A stretch of DNA of 32,000 bases from Desulfotalea psychrophila LSv54. GTDB lineage: Bacteria; Desulfobacterota; Desulfobulbia; Desulfobulbales; Desulfocapsaceae. The stretch is from contig NC_006139.1 of the NCBI RefSeq assembly GCF_000025945.1, positions 60,001-92,000 on the forward strand, given 5' to 3'. Shown piece by piece: positions 21,927 through 30,513 of this stretch; the first letter of the stretch is position 1, and each line of letters begins with the position of its first letter. The notes beneath the pieces were generated by a model. That model saw nothing but the letters and a program-made list of their open reading frames with translations. It was not told the DNA's origin and made no database searches. Position numbers and translations under genes: made by a program.

Positions 21927-22793
21927 CTATAGCTGCAGGTTCTGCAAATACTCCCGCAAAGGCCCACCAATCTCAGGATGTTCAAGGGCAAAGGCGATGT
22001 TGGCCATCTGAAAACCGACCTTGTCGCCACAGTCAAAACGGGTGCCCTCAAAATTCACCCCAAAAATGGGCTGTTCAGCAAGAAGCGCCACCATGGCGTC
22101 GGTGACCTGAATTTCACCACCGGCACCACTCTGTTGCCTGCCGAGGAAATCAAAGATACGGGGGGTAAAGATATAACGACCAATGGCCGCAAGGTTTGAG
22201 GGTGCATCCTCAGGTCTTGGCTTTTCCACCATGGAGGAGAGACGAAGCACTCCTTCATAGACCTGCTCACCCTCCAGTATACCGTAACGACCGGTCTCTT
22301 CCCGTGGAACTTCAATAGTAGCCACCATGGAGGCCCGCAGACGATCAAACTGGTGGATCATCTGCTGGAGGACAGGCCTCTCACTCTTCACCAGGTCATC
22401 GGCCAGGAGCACGGCAAAGGGCTCATCCCCCACAACATCACGGGCACACCAGATAGCGTGACCAAGCCCCAGGGGCTGACTTTGCCGGGTATAGATAATA
22501 GAACCCGAAGCAGGGACCAGAGATTCTACCGTACGCAGCAACTCATCCTTGCCTCGTTTGCTCAGGGTATCTTCCAGTTCATAACTGCTGTCAAAGTGGT
22601 TTTCCAGGGAAGATTTGCCGCTGCCGGTAACAAAGATCAGTTGTTCAATCCCTGAATCAAGGGCCTCCTCCACCGCATACTGGATAAGTGGTTTGTCCAC
22701 TATCGGTAGCATCTCTTTAGGCATCGCCTTGGTTGCCGGCAAAAATCGTGTACCTAAACCTGCCACGGGAAAAACAGCCTTTTTTATCTTCAT
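21927..22793 (-). CDS. galU: UTP-glucose-1-phosphate uridylyltransferase.
   Basis: MKIKKAVFPVAGLGTRFLPATKAMPKEMLPIVDKPLIQYAVEEA.. and ..LGLGHAIWCA.., ..VEKP.. It is 288 aa with typical GalU length and motifs. Confidence 0.95.
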   Translation of the reverse strand: MKIKKAVFPVAGLGTRFLPATKAMPKEMLPIVDKPLIQYAVEEALDSGIEQLIFVTGSGKSSLENHFDSSYELEDTLSKRGKDELLRTVESLVPASGSIIYTRQSQPLGLGHAIWCARDVVGDEPFAVLLADDLVKSERPVLQQMIHQFDRLRASMVATIEVPREETGRYGILEGEQVYEGVLRLSSMVEKPRPEDAPSNLAAIGRYIFTPRIFDFLGRQQSGAGGEIQVTDAMVALLAEQPIFGVNFEGTRFDCGDKVGFQMANIAFALEHPEIGGPLREYLQNLQL

Positions 22794-22902
22794 ATGACCT
22801 CGCTGTGAGAATTTTTTAACTATGAAATCGTTTGTATGAACTGCCGAACAGGTCTCTGCACCATGCAGGAAACCCTAACTCACCTCCGCTTCTCGTACTA
22901 CT

Positions 22903-24023
22903 CTAACTCTGTTTAAGATTGTTTGCGAAAATCCCCATTATATGCTGGCTTATGAAAAGCATGAGTATGACACAGCTAGCACCCGCCAGATCAATCAATA
23001 CATCGCCTACCAGTGCACTTCGGCCATCGATAAATAATTGCATTAATTCTGTGCCACTAGAAACTATACTAATATCGAGTAAAGTCAGTAATAAAAGGGT
23101 TCTGCCCCGTAAAAAATGCAAGAGTCCACCAAGAATACCAAAGAGTATGAAATGAGCTATCTTTGTGATATCCAACTTGAAAATTTCTAAAGATGTTAAT
23201 TGAACAAAGACGTTAGGAGTATCATGGGGTATATGGTCAAGCACTTGGGTTTTAAATGTCTTTGCATGGCTGATAATTTCTGCTCTTGCTTCATTTTTTA
23301 AGGTTACAGGCATAGTTGTGCCGATAATTATGGTAAGCGTAACAAGTACTAAAGGGGCAAACCACTTTTTATCAAAGCCATTGGCCACTACCGCAGACAC
23401 CAGGAGAGAAACAATCAATAATGTCCATAGACCAAAACAGATCCAACGAACCACCCTGTACACAGGATTGAGCTGCACACGATAGAGTGCTAAGTTCCTT
23501 ACCTGCAATTCACCCGTAGAGTGGCTGAGTTGTATGCTGATTCTAACTTCTGTAGTGTGGGAAGAACGGGAAAGACTTGTCTGGATTTCTCCCAATCGTG
23601 AGTTCCGTCGAGCGTAATCAGTTGATGGGGTGCTGAGTAGTTCGCTTTGGCTGCAACATATTGTACTAAAACGATACGACCTTTTTCCCATCCTTTGACG
23701 CCACCAACGATTCCGGCAGTTTTTACCTCTGCCACCAGAACCACTTTGCTGCCAAGCAAACCAGGGTTTATTCTTTGTGTTAATTGTGCAGATTGTTCAG
23801 ACTTGCAAAGCATCATTCTGGCAGTACCTGAATCCACCTCTATGATAGCAGATTGTGAGCCGCTCACTTCCCACTCCTTCATACCTGATGAAAAACCAGG
23901 ATGAAAAAGTATCTGTTCTCCTCTTGCAATGTATTTATCTATATAGCTGGTAGCCAGTAGCGTACCGAATGATAAAATAAAAAAACAAATGATTTTTAGT
24001 CGTGAAATTTTTAAGAACGGCAT
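22903..24023 (-). pseudogene. Frameshifted gene. An N-terminal signal-anchor plus beta-sandwich-like domain is fused to a C-terminal VanZ-family membrane domain (track ORFs 23499-24023 and 22903-23691).
   Basis: Both overlapping ORFs read sensibly only on one side of about 23555-23565: ..THDWEKSRQVFPVLP | TTEVRISIQLSHSTGELQVRNLALYRV.. The span is 1121 nt (3n+2), so a single missing base restores one 373-aa ORF. The C-terminus HFILFGILGGLLHF...GTELMQLFIDGRSALVGDVLIDLAGA is VanZ-like. Confidence 0.55.
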
Positions 24024-24043
24024 AAATAATTGAAGGTATCAGG

Positions 24044-24258
24044 GGCCTTATTGCACAAATAGAATTTGCTAGCATTGCTCGATGTTGTTTTCTTGTAACA
24101 TAGAGCATTGGAGGAGTTATGGGAGACAGCAGGAGAAGGAGCAAAACTTTAAACAAGATTAACGCTTTAGGGATGCCTGTTCGAAAGGTTATTTGCTAAG
24201 ATGAAATGGATTAGAGAGGAACTAATTTTTCTTCCTTCATGATTTATGCAACAAGGCC
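24044..24258 (+). mobile_element. 215-bp MITE-like deletion derivative of the IS903-like element (both termini present, no transposase).
   Basis: The left end GGCCTTATTGCACAAATAGAATTTGC and the right end ..TCATGATTTATGCAACAAGGCC are inverted copies. The right-hand ~100 bp (aaactttaaacaagattaacgctttagggatgcctgttcgaaaggttatttgctaagatgaaatgg..) matches the 3' end of copy 2 (26505-26611). Confidence 0.8.
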
Positions 24259-24296
24259 CCTATAGCGTACCCCACTACTACACTTTATCTCGAATT

Positions 24297-25637
24297 TTAC
24301 TGCCTACAGCTCCTACCTCGGCCAATACCATAATAGGCAAGGCCAAGTTGCTCCACAGACTGAGGATCATACAAATTACGACCATCAAAAATGACCCGAT
24401 CGGCAAGAGAGCTCTGCAACAACTCAAAATCAGGTACTCGAAAATGCTTCCACTCAGTGACAATAAGAAGGGCATCCGCACCTTGCAGAACTGCTTCCTT
24501 AGTACCCATAAGAGTTAAATCAGATCGATAGCCATAGATCCTTTGAGCCTCTTCCATTGCCTCTGGATCATAGGCATGTACCTTTGCCCCAGCTTGCCAT
24601 AAGGCCTCAAGCAAAACTCGACTGGGGGCCTCGCGCATATCATCGGTATCTGGTTTAAAAGAAAGGCCCCAGAGAGCCAAAGTCTTTCCCCGTATATTTT
24701 CAACACCATAATGCTGCACAATATACTTAAAAATCTTCTCTTTCTGGCGAGCATTGGTCTCTTCAACCGCACTCAATATAGCTGCATTATAGCCATATTC
24801 ACCTGCAGAGCGAGCAAGCGCCTGCACATCTTTAGGAAAACAGGAGCCACCATAGCCACAACCAGGATAGATAAAGCTATAACCAATACGGGAATCGGAA
24901 CCTATTCCCCGACGAACCTGCTCAATATCAGCACTCATACATTCAGCAAGATTTGCCATCTCATTCATAAACGAGATTTTAGTCGCCAACATGCAGTTGG
25001 CCGCATATTTAGTAAACTCAGCACTGCGCTGGTCCATAACCAGCATCTTTTCACGGTTACGGCTAAAGGGAGCATATATCTCCCGCATAACCTCTTCGGC
25101 ATAGGGGCTATCTGTACCAATAATAATGCGCTCGGGACGAGCACAGTCAGCAAGGGCAGAACCCTCTTTTAAAAATTCAGGATTAGACACCACAGAAAAG
25201 GGTATATTTACCCCACGTTCTTGAAGAACACTCTCGACTCGGGCACGTACCTTGTCTCCCGTCCCCACAGGAACTGTAGACTTATTAACGATGATAGCCT
25301 CACCATCCATACCCTGGGCAATCGTCTCAGCTACAGAGAGCACATAGCGAAGATCAGCACTGCCGTCTTCATCCGGTGGAGTCCCTACAGCAATAAAATA
25401 GACTTGAGCATGGGCCACCCCCTCCTTGAGATCTGTGGTAAAATGAAGCCTGCTACTGGTAACCCCAGCCTCCACCAAAGACTCAAGACCTGACTCATAG
25501 ATGGGAATAGTGCCTACCTGCAAACCTTCGATTTTAACTGCATCAACATCTACACAGCACACATCATGGCCAACATCGGCAAAGACTGCCGCCTGAACAA
25601 GGCCAACATAGCCGACACCAAAAATCGTTATCTTCAT
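24297..25637 (-). CDS. ugd: UDP-glucose 6-dehydrogenase.
   Basis: [32 protein letters not shown].., ..GGSCFPKDV.., ..[17 protein letters not shown].. The ATG at 25637 is preceded by AAGGTGA. The track ORF adds one upstream GTG codon. Confidence 0.95.
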   Translation of the reverse strand: MKITIFGVGYVGLVQAAVFADVGHDVCCVDVDAVKIEGLQVGTIPIYESGLESLVEAGVTSSRLHFTTDLKEGVAHAQVYFIAVGTPPDEDGSADLRYVLSVAETIAQGMDGEAIIVNKSTVPVGTGDKVRARVESVLQERGVNIPFSVVSNPEFLKEGSALADCARPERIIIGTDSPYAEEVMREIYAPFSRNREKMLVMDQRSAEFTKYAANCMLATKISFMNEMANLAECMSADIEQVRRGIGSDSRIGYSFIYPGCGYGGSCFPKDVQALARSAGEYGYNAAILSAVEETNARQKEKIFKYIVQHYGVENIRGKTLALWGLSFKPDTDDMREAPSRVLLEALWQAGAKVHAYDPEAMEEAQRIYGYRSDLTLMGTKEAVLQGADALLIVTEWKHFRVPDFELLQSSLADRVIFDGRNLYDPQSVEQLGLAYYGIGRGRSCRQ

Positions 25638-25828
25638 CACTCACCTTTACCTAAAAACAGACCAACATGAAAAGAAGTAAACTGTAACCGCGACAGTCGA
25701 AAATCAGATAGATTTGAAAAAATGCCAAAGCTTAGGGGAAAAACTCATAGATGAACCGTGAAGAGATGTTTTATAGCCACAGTCCAACCAAAATGGCGTA
25801 AATCATGTGGGGAAAAGGCATTCGGGGT

Positions 25829-26611
25829 GGCCCTGTTGGACAAATAGAAGTTGCTGGCCTTGACGTTCTAGGTGGACAAGAAAGCGATTGAAGGTGGCAC
25901 TATCGGGACAGTGTGGTCGTAGCCGCAAGTACACTGATGGACATCGACCTCCAGCCGCCAGATACACCTGTTAGCAGACGTGCCTAAACAGTTAAGGTGA
26001 ATTATAGGCAGCCAAGTCGTGGGCCGATTAAGCATATCGACTCGACTGGGTGTAGGCATGGAGAAGGAGAGTGGCGCGTCAGAAAACACGGGGCTTCCAA
26101 ACGTAGAACCTGGCGCAAACTTCACCTTGCAATCGATACCGAGACTGATCGCCTAAGTGGTGAAATCTCGCTAGAGCGCGTTCATGACGCCAAGGTGTTG
26201 AAACCTCTTCGTCGACGCATAGAGCAGATATCAGGCGATGGTGCCGGACCCGAAAGGGTACTATCAAATTATTGCAATCAAAGGTGTCTGCTCATCCACC
26301 ACGGAAAAATGCTCCTATGTGGGAGGATGGCCATCCAAGAAATGAAGCTGTAGGAGCATTGCAAAAAGATGAGCTGAAAGAGTGGAAAGCAAGCACAGGG
26401 TGTGTGCTCTTGCTGAAACAGCGATGTATCGCTACAAACAGTTGATCAGGGGCAAATTAAGCCTCCGCGAGGAGGCAAGCAGGTAGGGCTACAATCAAAG
26501 CTTTAAACAAGATTACCGCTTTAGGAATACCTGTTTGAGAGGTCGTTTGCTAAGATGGAATGGAGTAGAGGGAAGGTGGTTTTCTTCCCTCATGATTTGT
26601 GTAGCTAGGCC
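25829..26611 (+). mobile_element. IS5-family (IS903-group-like) element, copy 2. Both IRs are present but it is internally deleted and frameshifted (transposase pseudogene).
   Basis: IRL is GGCCCTGTTGGACAAATAGAAGTTGC and the right end is ..CATGATTTGTGTAGCTAGGCC. It encodes ..IDSTGCRHGEGEWRVRKHGASKRRTWRKLHLAIDTETDRLSGEISLERVHDAKVLKPL..IEQISGDGA.. then shifts frame to ..AETAMYRYKQLI.GKLS... and ..ALNKITALGIPV.., as in IS903 transposase. It is 783 bp versus about 1.05 kb for intact relatives, and lacks about 85 bp that are present in copy 1. Confidence 0.8.
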
Positions 26612-26656
26612 GCAGATACTCATTCCACGTAGTGCAAACTTTCAAGACTTCTTTAA

Positions 26657-27133
26657 TTAGTGGTTGTTCAGTTCACCCTTTATAAAGTTGATTAAACTAA
26701 TGCTAGCATAATCATCAATACTCTTTAAACATTTAAGATCAGCCAATTTTGAAAGTCTATCCACAAGGTCATTTTCATTAAATATTGGGTAAATATAGCC
26801 TCTTTCAGCTAATGACGCAGTAGTGTCTAACTGGTGATTGTTTCTGTGCTCTTGATATTCACCTAATCTGGGGAGAGTTAGAATAATTTTTTTTGACTTT
26901 AAACAAGATATAATAGTCCCCATACCCGCATGACTAATAATAATTTTGGCCTTGTCAAAACGTTCGTTAAATGAACGCTCATCTAGAAAGTTTGTAAAAG
27001 GTATATTTTGGGGTATATATTTAGAATTTGCTACTTGCGCAAAACACTCATATTGATTTATTTCTGGCCATTTATCAATCAATGCCACAAGCCTGTCAAA
27101 AGGAGCCTGCGTTCCCACAGTGATGAAAATCAT
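26657..27133 (-). CDS. Alg13-type glycosyltransferase catalytic subunit (PssE/Cps14G family, GT28 C-terminal domain).
   Basis: MIFITVGTQAPFDRLV...IISHAGMGTIISCLKSKKIILTLPRLGEYQEHRNNHQLDT.. closely parallels Cps14G/EpsF-type proteins. Its start overlaps the upstream stop (ATGA). Confidence 0.85.
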   Translation of the reverse strand: MIFITVGTQAPFDRLVALIDKWPEINQYECFAQVANSKYIPQNIPFTNFLDERSFNERFDKAKIIISHAGMGTIISCLKSKKIILTLPRLGEYQEHRNNHQLDTTASLAERGYIYPIFNENDLVDRLSKLADLKCLKSIDDYASISLINFIKGELNNH

Positions 27134-27609
27134 AGAACAGTTCCAATATATTTAGTTTTATCTCCAGCTAGATGTTCCCATTGAGTTAAGTGTACATCCA
27201 CAATTTTTCTAACTATTTTACCACTCATTGAAATTTCATTAGAATTGGCGATGCTATCTAACCAAATGGTTTTAGCACCAATAAACTTACCAACAATAAT
27301 AGCCCAAACCCCTATTGAAGCACCGGTGGAAAAAATAATATCTGGTTTATTCTTTAAAACAATTATAGCCACTTGCAAAAACTGCCTAATCAAGTTTATT
27401 TTAGCCCACCTTGAAGCATCACAAACAGAAAAATAAATTCCATTATCAACTTCTAAGTTCGGTTGATTCACGAAGGTAGAAACAAAAATAAGTTCCTTAT
27501 CAAAAAAAGCTGGAAGCAATCTCTTCAACTGAATCCAGTGCCCTCCCTGCGAAGAAACAAGCATAATTTTATCTTTTTTCAAACTATTCACCCCATACTC
27601 TTCTATCAA
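27130..27609 (-). CDS. Alg14-type glycosyltransferase membrane-anchor subunit (PssD/Cps14F family).
   Basis: KIMLVSSQGGHWIQLKRLLPAF..ELIFVSTF..PDIIFSTGASIG.. is the typical partner of the Alg13-type subunit. The start may be the internal Met (MLVSS). Confidence 0.8.
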   Translation of the reverse strand: MIEEYGVNSLKKDKIMLVSSQGGHWIQLKRLLPAFFDKELIFVSTFVNQPNLEVDNGIYFSVCDASRWAKINLIRQFLQVAIIVLKNKPDIIFSTGASIGVWAIIVGKFIGAKTIWLDSIANSNEISMSGKIVRKIVDVHLTQWEHLAGDKTKYIGTVL

Positions 27610-28054
27610 AGATGGATTATTAACAATAATTCGGCAAAATATGGGACATACCGAGTCTTTGGAATTAATTCAAATTTTTGTTTTTGTGGTCTGCCAGATA
27701 AAACTAGTTTCACTCTGCGCCCTAATACTTGTGAGATTTTATTTTGCAAACGGTTATTTCCTAAGACAAAATTACCATTGGTAGCTTTGCGAATATTGTC
27801 AATTATCCCCGGGTTCAAGTGAAACGAAATAACTCACAATAAGCCGTATGCCTTTCATCTTCTGTTCTACCAAGATCCAAGTGTACGAGGTGCGGACTTA
27901 AAACGACAGTACTTTCACCTTGGGCATTGGTGCGATAACTTGCCCAACGGTATTCTCTAGAATGTTCAACCATTCCAACACGTACCGGATTTAGTTCAAT
28001 ATAGCGCTGCAATGGAAAATATAATGACTGGATTACTTCTGCAAATACATTCAC
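27606..28054 (-). pseudogene. REP-associated tyrosine transposase (RAYT / IS200-like Y1 transposase family) C-terminal half. It is frameshifted and 5'-truncated by the IS481-family insertion.
   Basis: ..YIELNPVRVGMVEHSREYRWASYRTNAQGESTVVLSPHLVHLDLGRTEDERHTAYCELFRF.. continues in another frame as ..IRKATNGNFVLGNNRLQNKISQVLGRRVKLVLSGRPQK. The HUH/Tyr-containing N-terminal half is not contiguous with it. Confidence 0.7.
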
Positions 28055-29280
28055 TCAATCCTCTGCCTGCCTTTTGGGAAAAGTTTAACTTGCTGTATTT
28101 CAGTAACATTCATGACCAGTTGCAAATCTCAGTCAACAAACCCTGTAGCAAATTACGAGTGTTGGGTCCCCGACGATTGGTTGGTCGCTTCTTGAATAAA
28201 TTTGGTTTGAGTTGATGAAACTCTTTCAGCTTATCCATGGGCGTTAAATGCTTCAATGCTTTTTGCGGGATATGCTGGTTATAAACTAGCTCATATCGGT
28301 GCATTGTATCCTCAAGATCTTGTGCTGACTCGAATGTAGTTCTTTTCAGAATGGCAGCAATGCGCCCATTGAAACGTTCAACCATTCCGTTTGTTTGAGG
28401 ATGCATTGGCTTTATAAGTCTATGCTCAATATTGTGGACGGTGCAATTTTGGTCAAAAACATGTTTACCTGTAGGTTCTCTTTGCCCAGTAGCACAAAAA
28501 CGGTCAGTAAATTCTTTACCGTTATCAGTTAAAATAGTTTTCACTTTAAAGGGAGCTTTTTCCAAAAGATTTCTAAGAAAAAGAGATGCACTCGCCGCTG
28601 TTTTATCTGGCATAATCTGGAGATATACCCAGCGTGTCGCTCTGTCTATGCCAACAAAAATGTATCTTCGTTGATCTTCATCTGGCATCTGAGGAAGATA
28701 TTTCAGATCAACATGCACATAGCCAGGATCATACTCTTTAAACTGTTTTGGCGATGGTTTGGGAGCTGTCTCCGGGATTAAATCTTTAAGACGGCTTACT
28801 CCGTGCCTTCGCAAGCAACGATCAAGTCCTGATCGAGAAGCCTTGGCATTGATAAATTTTCGCACCACAACAAGCAGATCGTCGAGTGACAGTAAAAGCA
28901 TTTTACGAAGCTCTACAGCAAGCCATTCCTGATCTTTTGAAAGGGTCGTTTGGAGATTTTGAGCAGTATGGGACCTATCTTCAACGGAGTCTCGGTCACG
29001 CCATATTCGTATTGTGGTCTCGGCTACACCAAGCTCTCTTGCAAGTGTTCTTACAGGTTTATCTGATTCCTGTATGTACTTACGAATTCGGGGCGTTGTG
29101 GTTGCATTTGCATGTAGCTTAACTTGCATAAGAATCACCTTTTGAAAGGAAGTTAATAAAATCCTGCATCCATGCATATGATTGTAACAACCTTTCACTA
29201 CGGATGTCTAGGAAATCATCAGGGACCCAACAAATACACACTTTCAAACAATTGCCTATCTTTTGACAGGGACACTAGAC
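28055..29280 (-). mobile_element. IS481-family insertion sequence. The boundaries are approximate and the terminal IRs were not resolved by eye.
   Basis: The left limit is inferred from where RAYT homology stops (about 28054). The right limit is inferred from a TGT...-type end adjacent to a CTAG (29273-29276), the preferred IS481 target, and from RAYT-like remnants further right. Confidence 0.4.
28110..29129 (-). CDS. IS481-family transposase (HTH plus rve integrase core), apparently intact at 339 aa. The track ORF extends to 29198.
   Basis: MQVKLHANATTTPRIRKYIQES..., ..YVHVDLKYLPQM....YIFVGIDRATRWVY.., ..ILTDNGKEFTDRF.., ..HRLIKPMHPQTNGMVERFNGRI.. show a DDE pattern. AAGGTGA lies upstream of the ATG at 29129. 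Confidence 0.85.
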   Translation of the reverse strand: MQVKLHANATTTPRIRKYIQESDKPVRTLARELGVAETTIRIWRDRDSVEDRSHTAQNLQTTLSKDQEWLAVELRKMLLLSLDDLLVVVRKFINAKASRSGLDRCLRRHGVSRLKDLIPETAPKPSPKQFKEYDPGYVHVDLKYLPQMPDEDQRRYIFVGIDRATRWVYLQIMPDKTAASASLFLRNLLEKAPFKVKTILTDNGKEFTDRFCATGQREPTGKHVFDQNCTVHNIEHRLIKPMHPQTNGMVERFNGRIAAILKRTTFESAQDLEDTMHRYELVYNQHIPQKALKHLTPMDKLKEFHQLKPNLFKKRPTNRRGPNTRNLLQGLLTEICNWS

Positions 29281-29523
29281 TTCTCTAAAATAAACGCACT
29301 TACTTTACCCACTTGAATTTCAAAAGAGCCATAGTTTTCTTATTGTTAAAAACGTAGTCTGTTCCATATTACGTAGTAGTAGAGAATTGTAAAGTAGCAT
29401 CCCGACATGATCAGATGTCGCTTGTTGTAGAAGCGGGTAATTCCCTTTCTGATAGCCTTAAAATACGTCTGGAACACTAATTACTGAGGTGATTGATTAT
29501 TTATGGACTTTCCTTGCCGTGCG

Positions 29524-30513
29524 TCAATCATATTGGTCCATTACCTTTTTTATATTATTTAATTTTATGCTTTCTCCTAATATTAAGTCATATTTTTTCG
29601 GTGTAAAATAAGCCCTTCCACCAGAAGGAGTAAATGTTAATTCTCCAAAATATATTTGTTCACCTGTTGTGTATAAGTCAACGCGTACAAAAGGAAAACC
29701 TTTACTCAATAATTCAGCACATTTTATCATCTCTTTCAAGTTGTCAGGCTTTTCTGCTTTTCCATGATATATAGGTTTTTTTTCGTATGTAAATGGTAAT
29801 AAGTTAAAGTTAGTATCATAAAAATTTTTATGATGGTTTGAAAATCTTCCTATATCAACTTGGATATATTTTACCTTAGCGTCAAAACAAAAGAATTTAT
29901 AATCTTTTAGTTCATTTCCATTAAAAGGTTTTATGTATTTTTCCGCAATTATACGTGGTTTTATATCTTTATATATGTATTCTCTACTGTATTTGTAAAA
30001 ATTCCTATTTAAATATTTTTTAAGCTTTTTTTTCATAGAAAAAATATCAAGAGATGATTTATCCTCACAAATGATAACGCTACCACTATCATGTGTACAC
30101 TTTATCACAAATTGTTTTGGTAGCATATCAAAATCTATATCTTCAACATCATCCCAAACACCTATTGTAGGTATAATTTTATCCTTTCCTGTTTTTTCTG
30201 ATATTATTTTTTTTACATCATATTTATCTACATATTTTGATAGATCCTGATTTCTAATGTTTAATTTTAACCATTGAATTTTTTCATTAAAAGTTTTAGG
30301 CGCTTTTAAATTTATAACTCGGTTCATAGAACAAAAATAGTCTATAATAATAAAAGATTTGTCACTAATCCACGATACTGGAAGTTTTCTCATAATTGTT
30401 GGAATAACAACTAATGGCCTAAACCATAATCGTTTTAAAATAGATTTGAACTTTGAAATTAACATTGTTTTCATATATAATATATTTTTATTTATCTTCT
30501 TTAAGTAGATCAT
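29524..30513 (-). CDS. TupA-like ATP-grasp amidoligase (polysaccharide/teichuronopeptide-type modification enzyme). The start is possibly at the internal Met at 30474.
   Basis: ..APKTFNEKIQWLKLNIRNQDLSKYVDKYDVKKII..., ..LPKQFVIKCTHDSGSVIICEDK.., ..LKDYKFFCFDAKVKYIQVD.., ..FPFVRVDLYTTGEQIYFGELTFTPSGG.. match the ATPgrasp_TupA family pattern. The gene is very AT-rich. Confidence 0.8.
   Translation of the reverse strand: MIYLKKINKNILYMKTMLISKFKSILKRLWFRPLVVIPTIMRKLPVSWISDKSFIIIDYFCSMNRVINLKAPKTFNEKIQWLKLNIRNQDLSKYVDKYDVKKIISEKTGKDKIIPTIGVWDDVEDIDFDMLPKQFVIKCTHDSGSVIICEDKSSLDIFSMKKKLKKYLNRNFYKYSREYIYKDIKPRIIAEKYIKPFNGNELKDYKFFCFDAKVKYIQVDIGRFSNHHKNFYDTNFNLLPFTYEKKPIYHGKAEKPDNLKEMIKCAELLSKGFPFVRVDLYTTGEQIYFGELTFTPSGGRAYFTPKKYDLILGESIKLNNIKKVMDQYD

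Noticed and set aside
24035-24267. A 9-bp target-site duplication flanking the 215-bp MITE.
   Set aside because: The flanks (..gaaggtatcagg | and | cctatagcg..) are not direct repeats. Either the duplication has decayed or the element arrived by recombination, so I make no claim.
18127-25493. Antisense or off-frame ORFs inside well-supported genes: 18127-18623 in the rep-like gene, 19439-19807 in galE, 21978-22797 in galU, 22919-23155 and 23647-23904 in the VanZ-like gene, and 24246-25493 in ugd.
   Set aside because: Each lies wholly within a gene that has strong family motifs on the other strand or frame. None shows a motif of its own.
28055-29280. Terminal inverted repeats and the CTAG-type target duplication of the IS481-family element.
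   Set aside because: I could not find a convincing IR pair by eye. The candidates were TGTATTTCAGTAACATTCATGA on the left and TGTCCCTGTCAAAAGATAGG as the reverse complement on the right, and they do not match each other. The element boundaries are therefore given only approximately.
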